Part shown: positions 15,041-25,200 of the stretch, piece after piece
Position numbering within the stretch: the first letter of the stretch is position 1
Layout: each line of letters begins with the position of its first letter
Assembly: GCA_002780235.1 (NCBI GenBank)
Contig: PEVO01000026.1
Location: 1-38,278, forward strand
Direction of reading: 5' to 3'
Origin: Candidatus Berkelbacteria bacterium CG06_land_8_20_14_3_00_43_10
GTDB lineage: Bacteria > Patescibacteriota > UBA1384 > GWA2-35-9 > CG2-30-43-20
DNA: 38,278 nt
Translations under genes and position numbers: made by a program
The notes under the pieces: generated by a model
The model's input: only the letters and a program-made list of their open reading frames with translations
Told to the model about the DNA's origin: nothing
The model's database searches: none

Positions 15041-17012
15041 CACGCCTCCACCAGCACAAAGCCCACTCTCGCCAACGCAACCCACCGTTGCGCCTATTAC
15101 GGGTGCGTCACCTCCAAAAGTGCAGGCACCACTTGCAAGCATACCGTTAATGCAACGTCCTTTACCCGGTGTTGCGCATACCGATAGCAAAAAACAACCA
15201 TCCGCCACCGATGCGATGACAAAAAAAATGTTAGAAGGGCGCACGGGGCTTTTAGATATCATTGCCCCTGCAGCGTTTGTGGTCACCCCCAACTTTTTAC
15301 AGCTCAACAACACCTATCTTAAATCGTTCTTTGTCTATACTTACCCACGGTTTTTAAACACCAACTGGCTGTCACCCGTTATCAACTTTGATATGACCAT
15401 AGATATCACCATGTTTGTCTACCCCATCGCAACCAACGAGGTGATGAGTCAACTGCGCCGCAGACAATCACAGCTCGAATCGACCAATATGATGCAACAA
15501 GAAAAGGGGATGGTGCGCGATCCAGAACTGCAAACCGCGATAGAAGATATCGATTCGATGCGCGATGCGCTCCAAAAAGGCGAGTCGCGGTTGTTCCAAT
15601 TTTCGCTCTACTTTATCTTATACGCAACCACGCATGAAGAGCTTGCGACGCTCACCCATACGCTCGAATCGGCTCTGGGCGGGATGCTCATTTACACCAA
15701 ACAATCATTTTTGCAGATGGAACAAGGGTTTAATTCCACGCTCCCGCTTGGCACCGACGAGTTGCGCATTATGCGCAACATGGACACGGGGTCGCTGTCG
15801 ACAACGTTCCCGTTTACATCGGCTACGCTATCGAGTAACGAAGGGATACTCTACGGGATCAATCGTCATAATTCATCGCTTATTCTCTTTGATCGGTTTA
15901 AACTAGAAAACGCAAATACCGTTGTGTTTGCACGCTCTGGTGCAGGTAAATCGTATACCGTTAAGCTAGAAGCGATCCGCTATTTGATGGTGGGCACCGA
16001 TATTATTGTCATCGACCCAGAAAATGAATACGAAAAATTAGCTGAAGCGCTCGGCGGGAGTTTTATCCCCATCTCGCTTAACTCCGATAAGCGCATCAAC
16101 CCGTTTGACCTACCGCCCGTGCCAGAAGGGGAAGACGGCGAAACGGTGTTGCGCAGCAATATCGCCATGGCGACCGGTTTAATTGCACTGATGGTCGGCA
16201 CGATTACGCCAGAAGAATCGGGGCTCATCGACAAGGCGCTCTACCAAACATATGCGCTCAAAGACATCACCACCGACCCGGCAACGTTTTCTAACCCCCC
16301 ACCGCTGTTGCAAGATTTTGTCGGCGTGTTGCGCAATATGTCGGGCACCGAGTCGCTGACCCAACGGCTCAACAAATATATCGATGGGTCGTTTGCGGGG
16401 CTGTTTACCCAACCGACTAACATTGATTTGGGGCGGGGGCTGATCGCCTTTTCTATCCGCGATTTAGAAGAACAGTTGCGCCCCATCGGAATGTATCTTA
16501 TCTTGACCTATATTTGGAACAAAGTCCGCCACAAACTGCGTAGGCGCATACTGATTCTCGATGAGGCGTGGATTTTGATGCAACACGAAGACAGTGCGCG
16601 GTTTGTCAACGCGCTGGTTAAACGCGCTCGTAAGTATTATTTGGGCGTTACGGTGATATCGCAAGATGTAGAAGACTTTCTTGGCTCGCAGTATGGGCGG
16701 TCGATATTAAACAACGCATCTATGCAGATTTTACTTAAGCAATCTACCACGACGGTAGAAAAGTTAGCGGAAGCGTTTAAACTAACGGACGGGGAAAAGT
16801 TTCTCCTGCTGGAATCGGGTGTGGGAGAGGGTCTGTTCTTTGCAGGGCAAAACCATGTGGCGATAAAGATTGTCGCAAGTTATACAGAAGATCAGATTAT
16901 CACCACTAACCCACAACAGCTACTCGCGCTCAAAGAGGCGGCAAAGGTGCAGCTTGCAGCACGTAATTCTGCTCCCCAACCTGCTCCCCAGAACATGCCG
17001 GAGAAGAGTTAG
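15024..17012 (+). CDS. virB4: VirB4/TrsE-type T4SS ATPase
   Basis: Walker A VVFARSGAGKSYT, Walker B RRILILDEAWILM, downstream VTVISQDVEDF, and the N-terminal block DIIAPAAFVVTPNFLQLNNTYLKSFFVYTYPRFLNTNWL typical of VirB4. AAGGAGGG lies 5 nt before the ATG. Confidence 0.9.
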   Translation: MPPNSSTPPPAQSPLSPTQPTVAPITGASPPKVQAPLASIPLMQRPLPGVAHTDSKKQPSATDAMTKKMLEGRTGLLDIIAPAAFVVTPNFLQLNNTYLKSFFVYTYPRFLNTNWLSPVINFDMTIDITMFVYPIATNEVMSQLRRRQSQLESTNMMQQEKGMVRDPELQTAIEDIDSMRDALQKGESRLFQFSLYFILYATTHEELATLTHTLESALGGMLIYTKQSFLQMEQGFNSTLPLGTDELRIMRNMDTGSLSTTFPFTSATLSSNEGILYGINRHNSSLILFDRFKLENANTVVFARSGAGKSYTVKLEAIRYLMVGTDIIVIDPENEYEKLAEALGGSFIPISLNSDKRINPFDLPPVPEGEDGETVLRSNIAMATGLIALMVGTITPEESGLIDKALYQTYALKDITTDPATFSNPPPLLQDFVGVLRNMSGTESLTQRLNKYIDGSFAGLFTQPTNIDLGRGLIAFSIRDLEEQLRPIGMYLILTYIWNKVRHKLRRRILILDEAWILMQHEDSARFVNALVKRARKYYLGVTVISQDVEDFLGSQYGRSILNNASMQILLKQSTTTVEKLAEAFKLTDGEKFLLLESGVGEGLFFAGQNHVAIKIVASYTEDQIITTNPQQLLALKEAAKVQLAARNSAPQPAPQNMPEKS

Positions 17013-17035
17013 GGGGATTAGGGGGATTAGGGGGA
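17009..17035 (+). repeat. tandem repeat (TTAGGGGGA)x3
   Basis: Three perfect 9-bp units. The first contains the VirB4 stop codon (17010-17012). A further GGGG run lies at 17046-17049. Confidence 0.85.
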
Positions 17036-17053
17036 ATTTGAAAATGGGGAAAT

Positions 17054-18328
17054 ATGGAAGATAAACAAAAAAACACCCTCCTTGTTGGTCTCGTTATTGC
17101 GATCGTGATCTTTTTGTTTCTCCTGCCCATTATGATCATTGCATTTGCGACATTCGGTAAAGGGCAAGGGGAGTTGGGGGATAGCGGAGTTCCTGGATTA
17201 GGAAACTCCGGAACAACTGGTCAAATTACAAGTACTGTGATCTCCTGCATAATTGATAAAGGGAATGGCAAGCTTAATTCCGCTACGGTTGCTAGTTTGC
17301 AAACGAAGCAGCCCGTATATGAAGCTGGTGCGGCTCAAGCAGGTATTCCGTGGGATGTGCTTGCTGCACTTCATATGCGTGAGACTGGGTTAAACGCATC
17401 GGGGGACAATCCATTCCAAATAACAGGATATCATGGCACGTTTTCAGCCAATGCTGCAGCTACCGCGGCAAAGTTTCTTGTTCACAAAGGAAAATCTGTT
17501 TACGGTGTCGATATTAGCAAAAATCCTTCTGATGAAAATATCCAACTTGCATATTTGGCATACAATCGGGGCTCAAGCTATAAGTCAAAAGGGCTTACTC
17601 CAAATGACTCTCCATATGTTTTTAATTTTTATGACTCAGCGCATCAAAATATGAAATGGCCACCCGGAGATATCGGAAGCGTCGGCGGTGTGAGTATCGC
17701 GGGAAAAGTTGATCGCAATCTAGGCGCATTTACATTTCTCTCTATTATGCGTAGTTGTGGTGGTACTGCTCCTCCGTCAAATATTCAAGGTACGGTATTG
17801 CCCCTCAAACAAGCTGAAATGAAAAATACTTTTAATTCGACTCTCCATAATTGCTCAATTAGTTCGCCACCAGGATGTAGTGATGGGGGGCACCGTCCAG
17901 TTCTTGGATCACTCAATTCACTCGGGACAAATATTCCTACAAAACGGAGTAGTGGTGAAGCGTCAGACGTTATGACTATACATGGCGCTACGGTATACGC
18001 ACCATTTAGTGGTACAATTACCTATAATGGACATGTCAGTAGAAGTGATGCGTCGATGGGGCAGATGTTGACAGTTCAGTCCACCGATGGTAGAATGACT
18101 GCAGCGCTACTCCACCTTAACAAATCCGGTATCATCGCAAAGAAGACAGTAAAAGCCGGGGAGCCGGTTGGAACGGTCATCACTATGATTAGTAGTCGCG
18201 GTAACGATATCACACATCTTCACTTTGAGTTATGGATAGACGGAAAGGCTATCAACGCCGGTGGTCCAGGATCAGGTGTAAGTGGGGGGAAAGTCTGGAA
18301 AGCGCAAAAACATGCGCTAGGTTATTAA
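17054..18328 (+). CDS. membrane-anchored peptidoglycan hydrolase-like protein with C-terminal M23/LytM-like domain
   Basis: The N-terminal TM is LLVGLVIAIVIFLFLLPIMIIAF. The central block GIPWDVLAALHMRETGLNASGDNPFQITGY is transglycosylase-like (weak call). The C-terminus has ATVYAPFSGTITY...GQMLTVQSTDGRMTAALLHL...VKAGEPVGTV...ITHLHFELWIDGKAIN, the M23 pattern. The first HxxxD metal motif is not evident. Confidence 0.75.
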   Translation: MEDKQKNTLLVGLVIAIVIFLFLLPIMIIAFATFGKGQGELGDSGVPGLGNSGTTGQITSTVISCIIDKGNGKLNSATVASLQTKQPVYEAGAAQAGIPWDVLAALHMRETGLNASGDNPFQITGYHGTFSANAAATAAKFLVHKGKSVYGVDISKNPSDENIQLAYLAYNRGSSYKSKGLTPNDSPYVFNFYDSAHQNMKWPPGDIGSVGGVSIAGKVDRNLGAFTFLSIMRSCGGTAPPSNIQGTVLPLKQAEMKNTFNSTLHNCSISSPPGCSDGGHRPVLGSLNSLGTNIPTKRSSGEASDVMTIHGATVYAPFSGTITYNGHVSRSDASMGQMLTVQSTDGRMTAALLHLNKSGIIAKKTVKAGEPVGTVITMISSRGNDITHLHFELWIDGKAINAGGPGSGVSGGKVWKAQKHALGY

Positions 18329-18340
18329 GGAGTAACTACA

Positions 18341-19027
18341 ATGAAAAAGAAATATCTGACCACATTATTGCTTTCTATACTCGTCGTTGGGCTTCTGTTC
18401 GTTTTTCTGGTCTATAATAATAAATCGGTAAGCAAGACATACTACATTGCATACACCGATCCCGCCGACAATGCGACTGCGGTTATCATGGACCCTACAC
18501 TCGTTGTAAGTTTTGTAGGTAAACCACCAAAAGTATCCGCACTTTCTGTGTTGTTAGATCCTGCAACAAAGTTTACCACTTCAACCGATGGCTCATTTCT
18601 TGAAGTCAAACCTTCAGATGGGTTAATGCGAAACACATCCTATAAGCTTAGCTTGACTTTGAAGACCGGTGACTTCATTCTCCCTGATGGTAAAACTCGT
18701 TCGAATAAAGTAATCATCAACTTTCAGACTGGAGAACAAAGCGGAGCGGACTTTGAGGAAAAAGAAATATTCTCGGGAGATCCAATACAAGACCTTAACG
18801 CACAGCTTCCCTATAGTACCGAGCATTATGTTATCAATCCTCCTAACGACAAAGGCGAATACGTCGTCCAGCTTAATATTCCTATAAACTCTAGCGTCAA
18901 CATACCTCAGTCGGTTCAGGATAAAGAGCTTGTCGCGCGTGTTAGCCAATACAAGAAAGAGTCTTTGGATTGGATTGCGAGTTTTAAGGTTGATCTTAGT
19001 AAAATCACAACTCGGTTTGAGTTTTGA
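18341..19027 (+). CDS. membrane-anchored protein with Ig-like (SbsA/Big_5-type) domain
   Basis: TAAGGAG SD. N-terminal TM LTTLLLSILVVGLLFVFLVY, then YTDPADNATAVIMDPTLVVSFVGKP...YKLSLTLKTG, typical of bacterial Ig-like domains. Confidence 0.7.
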   Translation: MKKKYLTTLLLSILVVGLLFVFLVYNNKSVSKTYYIAYTDPADNATAVIMDPTLVVSFVGKPPKVSALSVLLDPATKFTTSTDGSFLEVKPSDGLMRNTSYKLSLTLKTGDFILPDGKTRSNKVIINFQTGEQSGADFEEKEIFSGDPIQDLNAQLPYSTEHYVINPPNDKGEYVVQLNIPINSSVNIPQSVQDKELVARVSQYKKESLDWIASFKVDLSKITTRFEF

Positions 19028-19049
19028 TACTACATCTCCTGTATACTTA

Positions 19050-19080
19050 AGACGCCCCCGTGGCGTCTCGTTCTTTTTTT
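19050..19080 (+). terminator. rho-independent terminator
   Basis: AGACGCC (19050-19056) pairs with GGCGTCT (19062-19068) across a 5-nt loop, followed by CGTTCTTTTTTT. It lies 22 nt after the stop at 19027. Confidence 0.75.
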
Positions 19081-19098
19081 ATTGCGCTTTTAATGATA

Positions 19099-19107
19099 TG
19101 ATATAAA
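19099..19107 (+). promoter_or_regulatory. possible extended -10 promoter (TGaTATAAA) for the second T4SS-like operon
   Basis: TG at 19099-19100 and TATAAA at 19102-19107, about 10 nt upstream of GGGAGGGG (19117-19124). There is no good -35. Confidence 0.3.
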
Positions 19108-19127
19108 TAGAATCGTGGGAGGGGACA

Positions 19128-20594
19128 CTGGACGACCAACAAACCGATACCTATCCACAAGGAATACAAGCTGGTGAGACATCCAGTGCTTTTTCGTATA
19201 CTCAACCTGACCCTCCTCCCGAATCTCCCCAACTACCCCAATCTCCCCAACCCCTCCCACATTTTCCCGATCCCAACCACAAACCATCGCCTATTCGCAT
19301 ACTTCTTGCCGGTATCGGCGTGACGGTTGTTATCATCGCCGGTGTTGCGCTCTTTTTGTATAAACCGATGGTTACTATTCAATCGGATATGCCCGACGCA
19401 AGTATTACTATCGATGAGGTTGTGTATAGTAAACCAACACGTGTCACACCGGGTGCACATACCGTTATCGTCGCGCGCGACGGGTATGTGCCGTATACCT
19501 ATGCTGGCGATATTGGCGCGTTTTCATCGCTTAATCTGTCTACTACACTGCGCCCACTGTCGACAACACAGTCTATCGTATCGGATAACGCGTTTGCGGC
19601 GAGTTTTGGCAGTGACGGCAAACAGCTCTACTACTTTGCCAGCGATAAAAATACGCTCTATAAATTGAGTTTGACGGACAACCCGCAAGATACTAAAAAA
19701 GTCTATTTTACCCCAGAAAAAATATCGCCCGATAATTTGGTCAAACTTAATAAAGTTGTCTTTGCACCTGATTTTTCTGTCGCAATATTTAAGCGCGTGG
19801 ACGGCGATACCGGGCTCTACGATTTTAAGCGCTACAATTTATTAAACCAAGAATACACCAGCTGGGGCAAAGACATTGGCGATGCCGTATGGAACAGCAC
19901 CAGCGTGCAAGACGATGCGCGTGTCATCTATTACTACGCCCCACCAACGGGGGAACGGTTGCTTATGAAAAGTAACCGCAAACACGACAGCGTAACCAAC
20001 ATTATGGATCTCAAAGAAAAAGCCGGCATCACCGTTTCTGCCGATAGTCCTGTCGCGCCACAGCTGTCGTGGTCGCGCGATAACCAAGCGCTCCTTGTTG
20101 TTGCGCAAGGCAAACTACTTGCAATGAACGTTATCACGCAAACAATAACCTACATCGCCCAAACCGGCGTCACATCGGCACAGTTTGCGCCCGATAGCCA
20201 CCATATTATCTATACGCAAAACGGTCAGTTGGTGTGGCAACGCTTTGAAGTAGTCAATGGGCTGTCGGGTAACGAAGAGGATCAAAAAAATGTCGGCCGC
20301 ATTAAAATCGCCCCGCCGGAACCTTACGATGTGTCTGCAAACGCATTAAAAGGGATATTCACTGCCGATGGGAAAAGGTTCATCGTTATCAACGATGCAA
20401 ACGCCATCGTCCAGATAGATCTTGTCAAAAAGATGGTATCACCATTTTATTTGCAAAATGACCCGCGGCTTAAGGCGATTACATCGCTTGGGCTTTCTGG
20501 CGATGGGCGCATGCTCTATGGGCTCACCGGCACGACCATTCTTGCAATTCCGCTCGATGACGGGTCGTATACTCAAACACAGGAGAAAAAGTAA
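19128..20594 (+). CDS. membrane protein with PEGA domain and TolB-like beta-propeller repeats (start codon uncertain)
   Basis: The track ORF starts at GTG 19320, in the middle of a TM helix. The frame is open back to 19107 and encodes a Pro-rich cytoplasmic segment plus KPSPIRILLAGIGVTVVIIAGVALFLY. The only SD-preceded candidate start is CTG 19128. The PEGA-like block is ITIDEVVYSKPTRVTPGAHTVIVARDGYVPY. Propeller-like repeats include DGKQLYYFASDKNTLYKLS. Confidence 0.7.
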   Translation: MDDQQTDTYPQGIQAGETSSAFSYTQPDPPPESPQLPQSPQPLPHFPDPNHKPSPIRILLAGIGVTVVIIAGVALFLYKPMVTIQSDMPDASITIDEVVYSKPTRVTPGAHTVIVARDGYVPYTYAGDIGAFSSLNLSTTLRPLSTTQSIVSDNAFAASFGSDGKQLYYFASDKNTLYKLSLTDNPQDTKKVYFTPEKISPDNLVKLNKVVFAPDFSVAIFKRVDGDTGLYDFKRYNLLNQEYTSWGKDIGDAVWNSTSVQDDARVIYYYAPPTGERLLMKSNRKHDSVTNIMDLKEKAGITVSADSPVAPQLSWSRDNQALLVVAQGKLLAMNVITQTITYIAQTGVTSAQFAPDSHHIIYTQNGQLVWQRFEVVNGLSGNEEDQKNVGRIKIAPPEPYDVSANALKGIFTADGKRFIVINDANAIVQIDLVKKMVSPFYLQNDPRLKAITSLGLSGDGRMLYGLTGTTILAIPLDDGSYTQTQEKK

Positions 20595-21898
20595 TGGCAG
20601 ACGATAAGTCAACATGGCGACGTAAAAGTTCTGGGACATCGCGTTACGCAAAGATGCTCGCGCTTGGCGCAAGTCTAATTACGGGTGCGCCCAAATCAAA
20701 CCCAGCAAACCCGGATGCAACTAACGCGCCACAAGAAAAGATACAAAATATTGCGCAAAAACCGACCGATGGCATGCGTGCGCCAGCACTCCCCGATGCG
20801 CCGTCTACTGGTGCTGACCAAATCAAACAAGGTATGCCACAAGCGATGCCTCACGATGAGGTTGATGATGTGCTCCAAGGTGTTGATAATAACGATGACG
20901 GGAGCGGTGATGTGTATGATGCGCTAAGGCGTGAGCAAAAAGACAAACAAAAAAATCAAAACGATAACCAAAACGTTACCAACAAAAATGATCCAAATAC
21001 ATCTCCTAAATCTCCCAAGTCCCCTAAAGGTTCCCAACTCCCCACCACGCAACCTGCCCCGGGCAGTGGTGTAAAGGGAGCCGAGCAAGCAGTCAAAAGT
21101 GAAGCAAAAAATGCGGTCAAGAAAGCAGTAAGTAAGGTTGTAAAAGAGGCGGTCAAGCAAGCCGCCAAAGCGATCTGGCTGTTTATTCTTGCGAACCTCG
21201 AATGGATAATCCCTGTTGTCGTGGGACTTATAGTCGCGCTCGCGTTCATCGCCTTTGTTGTCTACGTCTATTGTCTCTTCCCGCCAAGCCCGTGTGGAAA
21301 AGCCGGGAATTTGATGTCGGATGTAAATAAAATTGGTGACTCTCTGCGAACCAGCGGGGTCGCTGATCGAGCCGGAGTGATGGGCGATATCCAACCATCA
21401 TCAGGTTCGCACGGTGTCCCTCTCTATAAACAAAATAATTATAAAAACGTTTCATATGGCTGTGGTGGCACAACAATCGCATCGGGTGGATGCGGTATTG
21501 CGGCGACCGCTATGGTATTACAGTTTTACGGTAAAAAAGATGCAACACCTCCGACCCTTGCAAAGTTTTCTCTTAAAAACGGAGGGCGCACATGCAACGC
21601 AGGAACAAATCATGGTTTTTTCCCAAAGGTTGCCAAGTCGTATGGCATGAACAACCAAAATGGTATCTCATGGGATGCAGCCATGTCTCACTTAAAAAAG
21701 GGACATCCAGTTATTGTTTCTGGCAAAGGTCCACCACCATTTACATCAGGCGGGCATTACGTTGTTATGACGGGGTTTGAACCCAATAACTATATCGCTG
21801 TTAATGATTCTGCGGGTGGTAAATCGCGCGACGGCAAGGCATACCCCAAAGGATATATTAAGTCGCATCAACATTTCTTAACGGTTATCTACCCATGA
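20594..21898 (+). CDS. membrane protein with C-terminal peptidase C39-like (papain-fold) domain
   Basis: The start overlaps the upstream stop (TAATG). TM LFILANLEWIIPVVVGLIVALAFIAFVVYVY. The C39_2-like pattern is PLYKQNNY...SGGCGIAATAMVLQFYG...KKGHPVIVSG...GGHYVVMTGFEPNNYIAVNDS (Cys/His/Asp candidates). Confidence 0.8.
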   Translation: MADDKSTWRRKSSGTSRYAKMLALGASLITGAPKSNPANPDATNAPQEKIQNIAQKPTDGMRAPALPDAPSTGADQIKQGMPQAMPHDEVDDVLQGVDNNDDGSGDVYDALRREQKDKQKNQNDNQNVTNKNDPNTSPKSPKSPKGSQLPTTQPAPGSGVKGAEQAVKSEAKNAVKKAVSKVVKEAVKQAAKAIWLFILANLEWIIPVVVGLIVALAFIAFVVYVYCLFPPSPCGKAGNLMSDVNKIGDSLRTSGVADRAGVMGDIQPSSGSHGVPLYKQNNYKNVSYGCGGTTIASGGCGIAATAMVLQFYGKKDATPPTLAKFSLKNGGRTCNAGTNHGFFPKVAKSYGMNNQNGISWDAAMSHLKKGHPVIVSGKGPPPFTSGGHYVVMTGFEPNNYIAVNDSAGGKSRDGKAYPKGYIKSHQHFLTVIYP

Positions 21899-22227
21899 CA
21901 CGCAAACCTATTACATACCAAGTTTTTGCTGTATCTGTCGTTCTAGTCGTCTGTGCTGGAATTGGAGTTTGGGCTTCACTTATATTTTCGCGAGCACATA
22001 TTACTATCAAGACTGACCCTGCTGGTGGAGAAATTTGGGTAGACAATAAAGGATACTCATCTCCTGCATCAGTCTATCTTCTCCAAGGATCTTATGACGT
22101 TTGGGCGATACAAGATGGATATCTCCCCTTAAGTAAAACGGTGATTGCGAGGCGTGGTCAATCACAGAATGTTATACTTACACTTGAGGTTGACCCCAAC
22201 CAACCCCCGGAAGGAGCGCCACTATGA
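21895..22227 (+). CDS. small membrane-anchored PEGA-domain protein
   Basis: ATGA overlap at both ends. TM VFAVSVVLVVCAGIGVWASLIF, then ITIKTDPAGGEIWVDNKGYSSPASVYLLQGSYDVWAIQDGYLP (PEGA pattern). Confidence 0.75.
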   Translation: MTRKPITYQVFAVSVVLVVCAGIGVWASLIFSRAHITIKTDPAGGEIWVDNKGYSSPASVYLLQGSYDVWAIQDGYLPLSKTVIARRGQSQNVILTLEVDPNQPPEGAPL

Positions 22228-25200
22228 CGCAACGTAAATACTGGAGATCTTTTATTGTGTTTCTGACTGCAGGTATGCTGTTTATGAACCCCTTAATAGT
22301 CTTTGCGCAAACAACCACGTCAGATACTTCCGGTGAAGGCGAGCAAGTCGAACAAGATACGGGCGGGGATGAAAACGACCTCGTTATACCGCCGGTTGCA
22401 ACAGGCGGAGAGTGGGAAAAGCCGGCACTTAAAATGTCGGGTATCGACCTAGGCGCGATCATGCAAGGAAAGGTTGATGCACGTGTCCCAAAATTACTTC
22501 TCTATCTGACAAGCAAAAAGGATGATGGTGGCGCCGGTCACTGGTATATCCGCGTGCAACGGGTGATCAAAAACTATCGGGGCAAAAAGGATCTCTCCAA
22601 AGAAACAGATTACGATGCGCTCTCCGATTCATCGGGAGTCCAACTCGACCCTAACGAGTCGGCGCATGCAGAAGATATCGCCCAGGCGCTTGATATCAGC
22701 GAAATAGATACCTACCAATGCGTCATAAAAGGCAAACCGGGGGAGGAAGACAAAAAGACACCGCCGATGCCGATTTTGGTCAAATGGCAGGATAAAGCGC
22801 CGGGGACAACGGTAGGCGATGAGGGTGGCGGGGGCGGGTTTCATGGCGATAATCTGTTTGATCTGGGCGCATCGTTTTTCTCAAGTGGCTTACTCACCGG
22901 CTTAAGCGATAATGCCGATTTTACCATCGGCGACTATCTGCCGACCGATAACAGTATTATGGGCGCGATTACCGGCATGGGACAGGCAGCGCTTAAAGAC
23001 GAACTCGGCATACCATTCCCCACACAAGGCACGCTTGGCGATACGCTCACTGCCATGGGCGCACAAGTTATGGCAGACCAAACGGGGCTCCCCGCAGAAA
23101 CATTTTCTGGCAGTAATAAAAATGAGTGGCTGGGCAATATCGTCAAGGGGAGTATCACGAAAGAGCTCAAACTTCCCGATGGGTCGCTCCAAGGTGATTC
23201 CATCGATGCATGGGTAGAATCGACCGGCAAACGTGTGATAGAACACGATCTTATGTTGCGCGAGGGGATCCTCGATTCCATTCCAACAACCGGGGGGATC
23301 AACGCACTTGCGCAAGCAAAATTCGAGACGATCGCCGATCTGCCCGGCGGCGCGCTCACTACTCTCAAAGATGGTGTCATACAGTCAACCGGACAATCGA
23401 TTGTCCCGCTTCTTGCCAACGCATCGCATATCGATGAGCGACTCGGTATTCCTGTTGGGTCAACGCAGGCGCTGGCGCAGGGCAAAACATCGGTTAAAGA
23501 CTTTACCACAAAAGTTGCCGAGCCGATTAAAGCAGATTACATAACACGCTTTAGCCAGTGGGACCGGTCAAACCCCATCATTGCACCCACGCTCACAAGC
23601 GTGAAACCAACCGATTTTCCCGAGTGGAAGGGTCCAGACAAAGCATGGGGGATACCCAGTGGCGCACTCGAAAACTTGCTTGCCAACAAACCACAACTGT
23701 TTTACCGAATGACCGGCGCAGATAGATTGGCGCAGGTGTTTGGACTCCCTAAAGACGATGCTGATAATCTGGTGCGCAATACAAAATTTGGTCCGGTCAA
23801 ATCTATTGATGTCGCCAAGGGTCACGGCAACCCTGCAAGCATCACATCGGAAGATTGGGTAAAACTCTTTAAGGGGACCGACCAAGACCGCCAAGAGATC
23901 TTTGAACGTGTTGGTAACGACATCTTTACCACCAAAATAGCACCAAACGTCAAATCAAATCTCTACTTCGACTTTACTAAAAAGAATCTGCAAAGTGTGT
24001 TTGACGGAAACGGCGATATTAGTGCATACGCCCTGCAGCTTGGTGGGAGTGCGCTTGACTCTAGTTTTGATATCCCCGACAACACATTTGTCAATGCGCT
24101 TAAGGCAAACCCAAGCAATCCTATCGAGGCGGTTGACACGGCAATTATCACAAGCATAACCGATACCCTTAATATGGATACCGGTTTATCGAGCCAATAT
24201 GCGCTCCCCGGGGGATACCAGATTACCGACGATGATGTGAAGGGTTTGTTCCAAGGGCAAGCAACCGCACTCTTTAACAAGCTCGGCGGCAAAGAATATG
24301 ATGCATCCATCCAGGCGCTTCCGGGGAACTCCTTCGATTACGCGCAGGGCAAACTGTCTGCATCCTCACTCTTTGGAAACGCCGGCATCTATAGAGTCGC
24401 GCTTGGGTTAGGGCTCAAACAGACCGACCCCAAGCTCCGTGACAACGGTGTAACGGGTGGAGCCGACGCGCGCGGCACGTATCTTGCCAAAATAATCTCT
24501 GATAACGCAAGCCGCATCAACCAACCGTTTCTTGAATACACATTTAACGCCGATGCCGATCTATCAAAGATCTACATGTTTAATTTTGAGGATGTGCAAA
24601 AAAGCCTCCAAAACATTACAAAAGACGCTAAAAACGCGGTGGGCAACGCATCGCTTCTTCTTGCAGAATCCGTGTCTGCAGCAAGCGGTTTCCCGTCCGG
24701 AACGCTCACCAGCGTATTACTGTCACCGCAAAACGCATCCAAAATAATGATTGACACAGGGATCAGCATGCTGTCGCGCGCCATTGGGCTAGAAGATCCC
24801 GAATCACCGTTTGGCGAAAATAAACTGTTGCAAACCTATCTTAACCCAGAAAAGTTTATCGATTTTGGGTCGTTTACCCCCATGTTTGGCGATCCATCGA
24901 TGAATATGAAAAGCATCAACGCGGCAGCAAATACCGCGATACAAGGTCTTACAGGAAGTATCGCAACCGCAACGGGAATCACGAACATCGACCACGCCGC
25001 ATCGTTTTTGACTGGTGATACATCGACCGGTATCACTGCGTGGGGGTTGTCACTTTTTGCCAAAAATACTAACGAGGGACTCACCAACCCGGCGGCGCTC
25101 ATCGATTACGATACGATCGCAAAATCAGTTTTTGGCGATGCGGGGGCGCTTGCGACCACAACATCCGACGCGACCAAAAACTTTGCCTCAAACGCTAAGA

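Noticed and set aside
17009-17035. Tandem G-rich repeats, together with the other short tandem repeats at 13675-13719 and 28703-28730, considered as a CRISPR array or telomeric sequence
   Set aside because: The units are 9-14 bp with no unique spacers, which is far from CRISPR architecture. The context is an internal operon junction of what appears to be a circular-type bacterial chromosome.
22934-23509. 191-aa minus-strand ORF and several other antisense ORFs inside the 1299-aa gene
   Set aside because: They all lie within one continuous, signal-peptide-bearing + ORF that is translationally coupled to its neighbours. I treat them as shadows.
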